Assembly (NCBI RefSeq): GCF_963921235.1 | Contig: NC_086097.1 | Location: 240,438,001-240,502,000, forward strand | Length of the DNA stretch: 64,000 nt | From: Mobula hypostoma | Taxonomy: Eukaryota | Reading direction: 5' to 3' | Shown: positions 13,001-25,472 of the stretch, in pieces | Layout: each line of letters begins with the position of its first letter | Numbering within the stretch: the stretch's first letter is position 1 | Notes under the pieces: model-generated | Told to the model about the DNA's origin: nothing | Seen by the model: only the letters and a program-made list of their open reading frames with translations | The model's database searches: none | Made by a program: the position numbers and the translations under genes

Positions 13001-13532
13001 ATTTTGATTATACCATTCTAATACGTCTATCCACGGCCTCCTCTACTGTGAAGGTGAAGCCACACTCAAGTTGGAGGAACAACACCTTATGTTCCATCTG
13101 GGTAGCCTTCAATCTGATGGCGCGAAAATTGACTTCTCAAACTTCCGCTAATGCCCCACCTTCCCCTCGTACCACATCCGTTGTTTATTTACATACACAC
13201 ATTCTTTTTCTCTCTCTCCTTTCTCTCCCTCTGTCCCTCCCGCTATACCCCTTACCCATCCTCTGGGTTCCCCCCCCCCCTTTTCTTTCTCCCTGGGCCT
13301 CCTGTTCCATGATCCTCTCGTATTCCTTTTGCCAATCACCTGTCCAGCTCTTGGCTCCATCCCTCCCCCTCCTGTCTTCCCCTATCATCTCTGATCTCCC
13401 CCTCCCCCTCCCACTTTCAAATCTCTTACTAACTCTTCCTTCAGTTAGTCCTGACGAAGGGTCTCGGCCTGAAACGTCGACTGTACCTCTTCCTAGAGAT
13501 GCTGCGTTCACCAGCAACTTTGATGTGTGTTG
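13001..13532 (+). mobile_element. Penelope-like element, heavily 5'-truncated
   Basis: Homologous to about 4262-4789. 13-bp TSD CTCAAATTACACT at 12988-13000 and 13533-13545. Confidence 0.9.
13447..13482 (+). ncRNA. Minimal type I hammerhead ribozyme, intact palindromic stem III (ACGT)
   Basis: agtc-CTGACGA-agg gtctcgg cct-GAAAC-GTC-gact. Predicted cleavage after C13478. Confidence 0.8.
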
Positions 13533-14748
13533 CTCAAATTACACTCGTACTTTTGGACTCCCACATGCTTCCTTCAAATTAGTTTAATATTTTGAAGTTG
13601 GGTCCTCAGGTGGCAGCGGGGAACAGCCATATTCTCGTGCAGAGTGGGCAAGGGTAAGTGGTAAAGAGTAAATAATTTGTCTTTTTCCATATATACCTGG
13701 AAGTCTGCCCTTTCACAGCTGCTGTATGTTCTCTCTGGCACAGCAGAGGTCATTCTCATGTAGAGCAGCACCTTCTTGAGCAGATTTCCTCCAGGTGTAT
13801 CTATTGAATGCAATGTCTTCCCACTTCTTAGACATGCAAACTGTTCTGAGAGCAGTTCCCAGTTTTTCTCTGCTTTGTGAGAGAGCAGAACAGGGAAAAC
13901 TGTTTCGCTTACTTGCAATTTTATGCTTTGTTGTGTTTTGATAATTAATGATTCCATCACTATCAGAATTAGGGGATCATAGATTCTAATATCAGTTCTT
14001 TTTCTTGTCAATTTACTGCAAGCAGAAAATTATATTTGAGGCCATAACCATAACTTTTCACGATATTAATGTTGCTTTGCATAATTTGACATGGATTTAA
14101 CACAACAAAGTATATCTGTCACAAACTAAATAAAAACACCAACTGATCCAATTATTAAGCTTGACTATCAGACTAATCGTCTTTAGCATATTACAATAAA
14201 TTCAACTCATTATTTCATCAGTATTATGTAACAGTTGAAAAGGCATTATTACCCTATAAACTTAAAGCCAATATTTATTTGATAAGAGTTTACAATATAA
14301 AACGAGTATTCAAACATCACTGATGTGTTCTGATGAAACATTAATGACTTGTTATAGTACTGCCGCTCAGTCTAATATGCACACAAACCTATTTGTTAAG
14401 CATTATATTGTACAAATGTTCCAAACAGACCCTTAGGAAAGTTTGTAATTGCTACATTTTTGTGGCAAAAATAAATTAGCAGCTTCAAATAGCACAAGAC
14501 AAAGCGCTTATGTGTTTTTTAATATTAATGATACAGAAATTTACAGAGAAAAAATGCAATAGTTTTTTACTCACTGCTTAAGATTAAAGGAACATTACTC
14601 TAGTAAGCTGCAAAAATTTGCAATGGTAGAATTGCTTAAATAGTAGGAACATAATTTGTCCTTTTCCATATATATCTGAAAGAATTCCATAGACTTGGAT
14701 CCACGGTTTCCAATGTACATGTGACAAATAAAGCTAATCTTCTTAATG

Positions 14749-15388
14749 CAACACACATCAAAGTTGCTGGTGAATGCAGCAGGCCAGGCAGCATCTCTAG
14801 GAAGAGGTGCAGTCGACTTTTCAGGCCGAGACCCTTCGTCAGGACTAACTGAAGAAAGAGTGAGTAAGAGATTTGAAAGTGGAAGGGGAAGGGGGAGATC
14901 CAAAATGATAGGAGAAGACAGGAGGGGGAGGGATGGAGCCAAGAGTTGGACAGGTGATTGGCAAAGGGGATATGAGAGGATCATGGGACAGGAGGTCCGG
15001 AGAGAAAGACAAGTGGGGGGGAACCCAGAGCATGGGTAAGGGGTATAGTCAGAGGGACAGAGGGAGAAAAAGGAGAGTGAGAGAAAGAATGTGTGTATAA
15101 AAATAAATAATGGATGGGGTACAAGGGGGAGGTGGGGCATTAGCGGAAGTTAGAGAAGTCGATGTTCATGCCATCAGGTTGGAGGCTACCCAGACGGAAT
15201 ATAAGGTGTTGTTCCTCCAACCTGAGTGTGGCTTCATCTTTACAGTAGAGGAGGCCGTGGATAGACATGTCAGAATGGGAATGGGATGTGGAATTAAAAT
15301 GTGTGGCCACCGGGAGATCCTGCTTTCTCTGGCGGACAGAGCATAGGTGTTCGGCAAAGCAGTCTCCCAGTCTGCGTCGGGTCTCACC
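14749..15388 (-). mobile_element. Penelope-like element, 5'-truncated within the GIY-YIG region
   Basis: Reverse complement of about 4150-4789. 13-bp TSD AATCTTCTTAATG at 14736-14748 and 15389-15401. Confidence 0.9.
14811..14846 (-). ncRNA. Minimal hammerhead ribozyme motif (variant AAGT)
   Basis: Reverse complement reads agtc-CTGACGA-agggtctcggcct-GAAA-a-GTC-gact. Confidence 0.7.
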
Positions 15389-15477
15389 AATCTTCTTAAT
15401 GTTTTGTTTAAAGGTCTGCTATGTGATAGGGTGTTGACCAGGAGACACTGAATGAAATGATGATTTTTTTAAAAATT

Positions 15478-15760
15478 TATTTATTGAGATACAGCATGGA
15501 ATAGGCCCTTCCACTCATTCAAGCCACAGTGCCCAGCAAGCCCCTGATTTATCCTTAGACTCACAGAGGAAAATTTACAATGACCAATTAACATACCAAC
15601 TGATGTGTCTTTGAACTGTGGGAGGAAACAGGATCATCCGGAGGAAACCCACGCAGTCACGGGGAGAACATATAAACTCCTTCCAGACAGTGGTGGAAAT
15701 TGAACCTGGGTCTCTGGTATGGTAAGGTATTGTACTAACCATTACACTACCATGTCACCC
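15478..15760 (-). mobile_element. tRNA-derived V-type SINE with CR1-like tail (HE1-like)
   Basis: Minus strand has tRNA-like boxes (tagtgtaatggttag, ggttcaatttcc), the core 'ttctccccgtgactgcgtgggtttcctccgg', and a 3' 'gaagggcctattccatgctgtatctcaataa'. Paralogs at 38195-38400 and 63680-63968. Confidence 0.65.
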
Positions 15761-16024
15761 CCTAAGTTATGGTATGGAGATTAGACAGTTGAGATGACAT
15801 AGACTAAAAACAGCAACAGCCCTCCCAAACCTTTACCATTCAGTCTCTCCTGAGCTGAAGCCTATCACACCTTTTCTTTCTTGTTGTTTTCTCCCCTCCT
15901 CCTTTCCTCGACTTCACTTTTGTTGCGTATATATAAAGCTTGGTGATTAAATTGGTGCAAAATTTTTTTAAAAGGAATTCAAGGGGCTCAGGGCCTACCA
16001 TAAGGGAGGGCAGCAGCCTCAGTC

Positions 16025-16440
16025 AGACCATAAGACCTTAAGATATTGGAGCAGAACTAGGCCATTCACACCATCGAGTCGGCACTACCATTACATCTAG
16101 AGCTGATCCATTTTCCCTCTCAGTCCCAATCTCCTGCCTTCTCCCCGCATCCCTTCATGCCCTGACTAATCAAGAAACTATCAACCTCTGCCTTAAATAT
16201 ACCCAATGACTTGGCCTCCACAAATGCCTGTGGCAGCAGATTCCACAGATTCACCACTCTCTGGCTAAAGAAATTCCAGCTCATCTCCGTTCTGAGTGGA
16301 CATACCTCTATTCTAAGGCTGTGTGCCCTGGACCTAGACTCACCCACCATAGGAAACATCCTCTCCACTCCTTCGAGGCTTTTCAACAATTAATAGGTTT
16401 CAATGAAATCCCCTCTCATTCTTTTGAATTTCAGGGAGTA
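16025..16440 (-). mobile_element. CR1 3' fragment
   Basis: FPMVGESRSRAHSLRI...FFSQRVVNLWNLLP, with a (ccataaga) tail. Confidence 0.8.
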
Positions 16441-16689
16441 CAGTGAGTACAGTCTACTACATGTCCTTAAGGGGTCAGTTGCAAAGTGGGGAAGTGATTA
16501 ACATAAAAGTTAAGCATGTTAACAGAGTTCTGTTTTTGTATGTGGGCTGTTCTTCTAAGTGCTATATGATATTTATCATGTATTTCTTTACATGTTTCGC
16601 AATTATTCTCACTGCACGTGTTTATTACCCAATAGGAAAATGAATTTCAAACTCTAGGCAGAAATTTCTCTACTCTGGTGATTGAAGTG

Positions 16690-17640
16690 TAACATGGAGA
16701 GAATTCTGACTGGTTGCATCATCGTAGGTATGGGGCCACCAATGGACAGGATTGAAAAAAGCTGCAGAGGGTTCGAGGCTCAATCAGCTCCATCATGGGC
16801 ATAACCGAGCCCACCAACAAGAAGATCTTCAATAGACAATTCTTCAAGAAGGTGACATCCATAATGAAGGACCCTTGCCATCCAAAGCTTGCTCTCTTCT
16901 CATTGCTACCATCAGGGAGGAGATACAGTTTAAGGAAAGGCGTCTTCCCTTCTGCCATTAGGATAGACCATGAACTCCTGAACACTACCTTACTATTTTT
17001 CTCGCATTACTTATTTTGTATATATTTCTTATTATAACTTATAGTTGTTCTTTCTTTATTGCGCTGTATTGCTGCCACGAAACCACATATTTCTCAACGT
17101 ACGTCAGTGTTAATAAACCAGATTTTGGTTCTGATTCTGCATTGAAATTCTGTATCTCAGATTTACACTTGTAAATTTAATTTCTACAGCTGTACCGTGG
17201 AGGGGCGCTACTGCACAGGATCGAAATAAGCTGCAGAAAGTTATAAAATTAGTCAGCTCTGCCATGGGCACTAGCCTCCATTTTACCCAGGACATCTTCC
17301 AGGATGATGTCTCAAAAAGGTGGCGTCCATCATTAAGGATCCCCATCACCCAGGTCATGCCCTCTTCTCATTGCTACCATCAGGAAGGAGGTACAGAATC
17401 CTGAAGGCACACACTCAGTGATTCAGGAACAGCTTCCTCCCCTCTGCCATCCAACTTCTGAATGGGCATTGAACCCATGAACACTAGTCTTTTTTGCAGT
17501 ACTTATTTAATTTAAACATTTAATATATCAATATTCATGTTGTAATTCACAGTTTTTCTCTGTTACCACGTATTGCATTGTACCACTGCAAAGTCCATAA
17601 ATTTCACAACATATGCTGAAGGTATTAAATCTGATTCTGA
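16690..17640 (+). mobile_element. Two tandem Rex/Babar-type 3' fragments (about 16690-17140 and 17190-17640)
   Basis: Each has IxKDPxHP..ALFSLLPSGRRY-like coding remnants and a (tctgat) tail. Confidence 0.65.
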
Positions 17641-17814
17641 TAGTTGTAGATTCTCAGGCAATGAGGATATTCTGGAGCAGCAAGGGAACCAAAGCACAGG
17701 GACTGGGCAGAGAAGTGAACAAAGACCTTACTCTGCATCCCATGTAGGTTGTATCATTTATATATTCTAATAATGTTCCTTTATAATTGATTGTTATTGT
17801 GCTTCATGTTTGGC

Positions 17815-18230
17815 TTAGCTACTAAGCCCAGCGGAACCGTTTCTACAGACAGGAGAAGGAGCAAAGGTAAGTTGCGGGTGCCTCATCAGCTATCAAGGAG
17901 AAGGAAAACTCTGATCATAAACTTCTGCTGCCTTGCAGCTATACCTACTTATAGGGGAGGCTTCGGGAGAAAACCCTGGGGAAAAATCCAGAACTGGAGT
18001 CCCTAAGGCAGTCCTATGTTGAGTTCAATGCTGACAGTCAACTCCTGCAGTGCCTCTGGTGCCAAACTGTGTCAGTCTCTGCCGTTCCTTTGGATTCATC
18101 GGCTGTGTGAAGAAGGGGAAGTTTGCGACGTGGGTGAAAGTGTGCTCTCCATCCTGTACTTCACTGGTTAGCCTACCACATATCAGCTGGGACACAATAC
18201 CCCTGGTCACCTCCGAACAATGGAGCTCCT
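17815..18230 (+). mobile_element. RTE-type LINE 5' UTR-like fragment
   Basis: 'ggagaaggaaaactctgatcataaac...' resembles RTE 5' regions. Recognition only. Confidence 0.35.
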
Positions 18231-19994
18231 TGTGATTGTTACTGATATAATCTCAAAATCTATCAAACCTTTAACTTGCGTGTCCACTTCATAAGTGCTG
18301 ACTAGTCTGAAGACAGCAACCAGCAATTTCTGTTTGTGTTTCAGATTTCAAGCTTCTGTAATTTATGTTGTTTTCTTCTTATTTACAGAATTTTCATTAA
18401 ACTGAAAAATGACCCATCATCTGAAGAATGTGCCACAGTCACATTCTGCATGTAACTGCACAGCTGGCAGAAAGGAATTAAAACTTGCTCTGCAATTCAT
18501 AGAGTCTAGCCTGCAGAAGAATTGAACGGTTTTGAATGGATTTTGAACCCCAGAGCCATCAAACGCTGTTCATATGATAAGTCTTTCAATCCCAGAATCA
18601 TTTTCATGAGCCTCATTTGAGCCCTCTCCAATGTCAAGACATCTTTGAAAGAGAAAATAAATCAGCCACGGTCGAATATTGGAGCAGACCGAATGGCCTG
18701 CTTTGGCTTCTATGTCATACGGTCTTATGTCTGTCTGTCTAGGTACCATATCCGATGCGGACGTTGGTGACCATGGTTTTCCATACAGATCTATCCCTCG
18801 TTCTTTGGATGATTTCCATTTCCTCGATGTGTAGCCACCTGGCTAGCCTTTTGATGTACATAAGCCAAGGTCTAAAGTAATTATGTAACATTTAAAAATG
18901 TACGAAACACAACTGCCTAAACATTTCAATGAAGTTTGGCAATGTTGTTCAAATGAATGGGTCAATTACAGATGCCTGTTCTAGCTGGTGTGAAGCTGAA
19001 GGGTCATCTCTTCAACTTAGCAACTATTAGACCTCCCCAGATAAAATGGGGAGAAAGAGATGTGTGCATATCTGACCACTAATGTGTTCCCCACTTCCCC
19101 ATTGCGCTGGACAATCCCATGTTGGGAATGCATTGCCTTCTGTGCTGAGACAGCACTCAGTTCACCGTGAAGTGTTCAGTGCTTTCCAAAAGAATGCATG
19201 TGTAGAAGTTTGAAATCAAATCGGAAAATTCTAGAAATACAGATGTCCCAAAGGCTTCAGAAAGACCGCATTTTCTATTGGTTCATTAAATAAAGATGGT
19301 TCTTGTAATTATCACATTAGAAAAACTCAAAACAGAGATGAAATCCACAACAGATGTATCTTCTTCCTCACAATGGATCGATGAGGCAAATAGAAATCAT
19401 GATGTTTCAGCATCTGCTTTGGTCAACTTTAAGCTTGGTTTTCTTCTTTCTGTTCTTCACCTTTTCCCACTGGTCCAGGTGTTCAGCTGAAGTATGGCCA
19501 CCTTGAAGTACCCACTTCAAAGAGTTTCCAGAAAGATGCCTGATTTCTATCCTTTCTTTAAAGGTTTTAAAGATTAGCTCTATTTGTTGCATTGTACATT
19601 GAATATACCAAGAATTACATCACTTGTGTCAACAAGTAATATAAGGAAGACTATAAATGTATTTAAAGGTTGTGTTCTGTGGTAGACAAGAATGATGTAA
19701 GACAAAAGTAATGATGATAGAAAGGAGGATGATATGATAGCAAGGCAGAATACATATTGACAACCACAGTTTTGTTTCCCTCACTCAACCACACTTTGGT
19801 TATTGACATCCTACTGGGTCATTCACCAAAAAGGAGAGGTGACCTAATTGAGGCCTCAAATGTTAAAAGGCCTGGAGATAGTGGATGTGGAGAGGATGCT
19901 TTCAATGGTGGGAGAATCTGAGACCAGAGGACACAGCCTTCGAATAGAGAGGTGTCCTTTTAGAACGGGGACGAGGAGGAATTTCTTTAGCAAG

Positions 19995-20430
19995 GGAGGA
20001 GCAACAACTGATAATCCATCTGGGTAGCCTCCAACTTGATGTCATGAATATTGATTTTTCCTTCCAGTAAACAAATTCCCAACCCTTCCTCTTTTCCCCA
20101 CTTTCTCCTTTTGCCTCTTCTCCCCTGCCTATCACCTCCTCCTTCCCTTTCTCCTATGGTCCTCTCTCCTCTCCTAACAGATTCCTTCTTCTCCAGCCCT
20201 TGACCTTTCCCACCAATATGGCTTCACCTATCACCTTCCAGCTAGCTTCCTTCCCCTCCCCCCACTGATTTATTCTGTCATCTTCCCACTTCCTTCTCAG
20301 TCCTGAAGAAGGGTCTCAGCCCAAAATGTCAATGGTTTATTCATTTCCATAGATGCTGCCTGACCTGCTGAGTTCCTCTGGCATTTTGTGTGAGTTGCTT
20401 TGGATTGCCAGCATCTGCACACCTTCTCGT
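19995..20430 (+). mobile_element. Older Penelope subfamily 3' fragment
   Basis: 'gagcaacaactgataatccatctgggtagcctccaacttgatgtcatgaatattgat' (end of GIY-YIG), a pyrimidine tract, and decayed hammerhead 'agtcctgaagaagggtctcagcccaaaatgtc' at about 20299-20330. Confidence 0.75.
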
Positions 20431-21682
20431 GTGGCAGTTGGTCTTAAGAGGAACACGACATGTGGTGTGACAACGTAACAACATGTAAGCATAAACTCAT
20501 AAAGTAATAGTAACCCACCACTCTTAAGAATTGAAAAGCACAAGACTCAGATATTGCAAAGTATGTAATAAAATTAGAAAATGCAAGGGTACTCTACAGA
20601 TCTGGCAACATTTGTGGAAACAGGAACAAAAACACCAAAAAAGGAATGTGCAGGAATGGAATGAGCTGATTTGATTCAATTGTTTAGACTATCTGAATAA
20701 TCTCCCTCTGTCTCTCAGGTCTACCACGCCACTTCATATAATTCGGAGTTAATCTGCCTCAGGCTTCAAATCCTCTTCTGTGTCAGTTCCCATAGCCCTC
20801 AAGTACCCAATTGCCGAAGACTCTATCTGTTTCTTGTTTAAATACATCTAACGACCCAGCCCCGAGAAACCTCTGGAGTGGAACATTCCAGAGAATCAGA
20901 ATGAGGCTTTATCAACATATGTCATGAAATTTGCTGTTACGTGGCAGCAGGACCTTACAATACACTCAAATAAAAAGTGTAAATTATACTAAGTGTATAC
21001 AAATATATTTTTTAAGTTAAATTAAATAATTAGTGCAAAAGAAAGTAGGTGGGTAGCGTTCATGGGTTCAATGTCCATTCATAAATCAGATTGCTGAAGG
21101 TAAGAAGCTGTTTCTCAATCGCTAGGTGTGTGCCTTCAGGTTTTTGTACCTCCTCCCTGTGGTAGCAATGAGAAGAGGGCAACACTTCCCTCTGTGGGAA
21201 GAAGAGAAGTTTGAGGTCAGCGGCCCTTTATCAAAAAGTTGGTTCTGTTCCTCTCTCCACAGATGCTGACTGATCAGGTGCCCCCAATAATTACTGCTTT
21301 CATTCTGCCAGCCGTGACAACTAACAGGTACGCACCATGCTCTTTCTCTTTTAAAAGGAAACAAGTGAACAATTCCATACAAAGCAATAATACATTTATG
21401 CTGGAGGCTTGCATATCCTGGTATGACAACATCAATTAGTTGTAGGCCTGCATGCTTAAAAGGATCAACATATGTATTCGGTTCCCTTCCAAGAACTAAT
21501 ACCAAATTGCATTTAGACATGGTACACAAGTAACATGTTACCACGCACAAACATACTTAGAACATAGAACATAGAAATCTACAGCACATTACAGGCCCTT
21601 TGCCCACAATGCTGTACATTACCACATAGCGTTCTATTTTTCTAAGCTCCATGTACCATGTCTGGTCAGGGAGAGTGAGGAA

Positions 21683-22440
21683 TTGATAGAGAGGAGTTGC
21701 AGGCAAGTGGTCACGCCGGGGCCACGGGAGGCAGACAAGTGGGTCACGGTTAGGAGGGGGAAGGGGAAGAGTCAGGTAATAGAGAGTACCCCGGTGGCTG
21801 TGCCCCTTAACAACAGGTACTCCTGTTTGAGTACTGTTGGGGGGGACAGCTTACCCGGGGGAAGCGACAGTGGCCGTGCCTCCGGCACAGAGTCTGGCCC
21901 TGTAGCTCAGAAGGCTAGGGCAAGGAAGAGGAGGGCAGTTGTGATAGGGGACTCGATAGTAAGGGGGTCAGATAGGCGATTCTGTGGACACAGTCCAGAG
22001 ACCCGGATGGTAGTTTGCCTCCCTGGTGCCAGGGTCCGGGATATTTCTGATCGTGTTCAAGATATCCTGAAGTGGGAGGGTGAGGAGCCAGAGGTCGTGG
22101 TACATATAGGTACCAATGACATAGGTAGGAAAAGGGATGAGGTCCTGAAAGGAGAATATAGGGAGCTAGGAAGGGAGTTGAGAAAAAGGACCGCAAAGGT
22201 AGTAATCTCGGGATTACTGCCTGTGCCACGCGACAGTGAGAGTAGGAATGTGATGAGGTGGAGGATAAATGCGTGGCTGAGGGATTGGAGCGGGGTCAGG
22301 GATTCAAGTTTTTGGATCATTGGGACCTCTTTTGGCGCAGGCGTGACCTGTACAAAAAGGACGGGTTACACTTGAATCCTAGGGGGACCAATATCCTGGC
22401 AGGGAGATTAGCGAGGGCTACTGAGGTGACTTTAAACTAG
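21683..22440 (+). pseudogene. CR1 ORF1, SGNH/GDSL esterase domain (one frameshift)
   Basis: VVIGDSIVRG (block I), VVVHIGTNDIG (block III), KDGLHLN (block V, in the next frame after about 22290). Confidence 0.85.
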
Positions 22441-22445
22441 AATGG

Positions 22446-25400
22446 TTGGGGGGTGGGAATCAAATTAAAGAGGCTAGGCGAGAGGAGGTTAGTTCACAAC
22501 AGGGGGATGGGAATGAGTGCAGAGAGACAGAGGGGTGTAAAGTGAGGGTAGAAGCAAAAAGTACTAAGGAGAAAAGTAAAAGTGGCAGGCCGACAAATCC
22601 AGGGCAAGTATTAAAAAGGGCCACTTTTCAACATAATTGTAAAAGGGCTAAGAGAGTTGTAAAAGAGCGCCTGAAGGCTTTATGTGTCAATGCAAGGAGC
22701 ATTCGCAATAAGGTGGATGAATTGAAAGTGCAGATTGTTATTAATGATTATGATATAGTTGGGATCACAGAGACATGGCTCCAGGGTGACCAAGGAGGGG
22801 AGCTCAACGTTCAGGAATATTCAATATTCAGGAGGGATAGACATGAAAGAAAAGGAGGTGGGGTGGCGTTGCTGGTTAAAGATGAGATTAACGCAATAGA
22901 AAGGAAGGACATAAGCCGGGGAGATGTGGAATCGATATGGGTAGAGCTGCGTAACACTAAAGGGCAGAAAACGCTGGTAGGAGTTGTGTACAGGCCACCT
23001 AACAGTAGTAGTGAGGTCGGAGATGGTATTAAACAGGAAATTAGAAATGTGTGCAATAAAGGAACAGCAGTTATAATGGGTGACTTCAATCTACATGTAG
23101 ATTGGGTGAACCAAATTGGTAAAGGTGCTGAGGAAGAGGATTTCTTGGATTGTATGCGGGATGGTTTTTTGAACCAACATGTCGAGGAACCAACTAGAGA
23201 GCAGGCTATTCTGGACTGGGTTTTGAGCAATGAGGAAGGGTTAATTAGCAATCTTGTCGTGAGAGGCCCCTTGGGTAAGAGTGACCATAATATGGTGGAA
23301 TTCTTCATTAAGATGGAGAGTGACATAGTTAATTCAGAAACAAAGGTTCTGAACTTAAAGAGGGGTAACTTTGAAGGTATGAGACGTGAATTAGCTAAGA
23401 TAGACTGGCAAATGACACTTGAAGGATTGACGGTGGATATGCAATGGCAAGCATTTAAAAATTGCATGGATGAACTACAACAATTGTTCATCCCAGTTTG
23501 GCAAAAGAATAAATCAAGGAAGGTAGTGCACCCGTGGCTGACAAGAGAAATTAGGGATAGTATCAATTCCAAAGAAGAAGCATACAAATTAGCCAGAGAA
23601 AGTGGCTCACCTGAGGACTGGGAGAAATTCAGAGTTCAGCAGAGGAGGACAAAGGGCTTAATTAGGAAGGGGAAAAAAGATTATGAGAGAAAACTGGCAG
23701 GGAACATAAAAACTGACTGTAAAAGCTTTTATAGATATGTAAAAAGGAAAAGACTGGTAAAGACAAATGTAGGTCCCCTACAGACAGAAACAGGTGAATT
23801 GATTATGGGGAGCAAGGACATGGCAGACCAATTGATTAATTACTTTGGTTCTGTCTTCACTAAGGAGGACATAAATAATCTTCCAGAAATAGTAGGGGAC
23901 AGAGGGTCCAGTGAGATGGAGGAACTGAGTGAAATACATGTTAGTAGGGAAGTGGTGTTAGGTAAATTGAAGGGATTAAAGGCAGATAAATCCCCAGGGC
24001 CAGATGGTCTGCATCCCAGAGTGCTTAAGAAAGTAGCCCAAGAAATAGTGGATGCATGAGTGATAATTTTTCAAAACTCGTTAGATTCTGGACTACTTCC
24101 TGAGGATTGGAGGGTGGCTAATGTAACCCCACTTTTTAAAAAAGGAGGGAGAGAGAAACCGGGGAATTATAGACCGGTTAGCCTAACGTCGGTGGTGGGG
24201 AAACTGCTGGAGTCAGTTATCAAAGATGTGATAACAGCACATTTGGAAAGCGGTGAAATCATCGGACAAAGTCAGCATGGATTTGTGAAAGGAAAATCAT
24301 GTCTGACGAATCTCATAGAATTTTTTGAGGGTGTAACTAGTAGAGTGGATAGGGGAGAACCAGTGGATGTGGTATATTTGGATTTTCAAAAGGCTTTTGA
24401 CAAGGTCCCACACAGGAGATTAGTGTGCAAACTTAAAGCACACGGTATTGGGGGTAAGTATTGATGTGGATAGAGAATTGGTTAGCAGACAGGAAGCAAA
24501 GAGTGGGAATAAACGGGACCTTTTCAGAATGGCAGGTGGTGACTAGTGGGGTACCACAAGGCTCAGTGCTGAGAACCCAGTGGGTTACAATATATATTAA
24601 TGACTTGGATGAGGGAATTAAATGCAGCATCTCCAGGTTTGCGGATGACACGAAGCTGGGTGGCAGTGTTAGCTGTGAGGAGGATGCTAAGAGGATGCAG
24701 AGTGACTTGGATAGGTTGGGTGAGTGGGCAAATTCATGGCAGATGCAATTTAATGTGGATAAATGTGAAGTTATCCACTTTGGTGGCAAAAACAGGAAAA
24801 CAGATTATTATCTGAATGGTGGTAGGAAAAGGGGAGGTGCAACGAGACCTGGGTGTCATTATACACCAGTCATTGAAAGTGGGCATGCAGGTACAGCAGG
24901 CGGTGAAAAAGGCGAATGGTATGCTGGCATTCATAGCAAGAGGATTCGAGTACAGGAGCAGGGAGGTACTACTGCAGTTGTACAAGGCCTTGGTGAGACC
25001 ACACCTGGAGTATTGTGTGCAGTTTTGGTCCCCTAATCTGAGGAAAGGCATCCTTGCCATAGAGGGAGTACAAAGAAGGTTCACTAGATTGATTCCTGGG
25101 ATGGCAGGACTTTCATATGAAGAAATACTGGATGAACTGGGCTTGTACTCATTGGAATTTAGAAGGTTGAGGGGGGATCTGATTGAAACGTATAAGATCC
25201 TAAAGGGATTGGACAGGCTAGATGCAGGAAGATTGTTTCCGATGTTGGGGAAGTCCAGAACGAGGGCTCACAGTTTGAGGATAAAGGGGAAGCCTTTTAG
25301 GACGGGGATTAGGAAAAACTTCTTCACACAGAGAGTGGTGAATCTGTGGAATTCTCTGCCACAGGAAACAGTTGAGGCCAGTTCATTGCCTATATTTAAG

Positions 25401-25472
25401 AGGGAGTTAGATATGGCCCTTGTGGCTACGGGGGTCAGGGGGTATGGAGGGAAGGCTGGGGCAGGGTTCTGA
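22446..25472 (+). pseudogene. CR1 ORF2, APE endonuclease plus reverse transcriptase (disrupted)
   Basis: NARSI, GITETWL, GGGVALLV, YRPPN, MGDFN, SDH; KSPGPDG, NYRPVSLTS, YLDFQKAFD, GVPQGS, FADD. Stop at 24057-24059 and frameshifts at about 24460 and 24820. The true start is uncertain. Confidence 0.9.

Larger units (their letters stand above)
12819..13599 (+). mobile_element. Possible AT-rich solo-LTR-like element split by a Penelope insertion
   Basis: Begins TGTTGT and continues across the TSD. No terminal CA or TSD of its own was found. Confidence 0.3.

Noticed and set aside
13574..14011. 145-aa ORF sharing FQxYMEKDKL with ORF 14595-15140
   Set aside because: The similarity is just the 30-bp DNA repeat. 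No domain or consistent splice structure.
18360..18460. Strong polypyrimidine acceptor ending about 18388
   Set aside because: All frames close within about 65 nt and there is no good donor.
22811..23587. Long antisense ORFs over CR1, Penelope and Gypsy copies (also 4142-4864, 46468-47415, 52372-52863)
   Set aside because: Shadow ORFs of TE coding strands.
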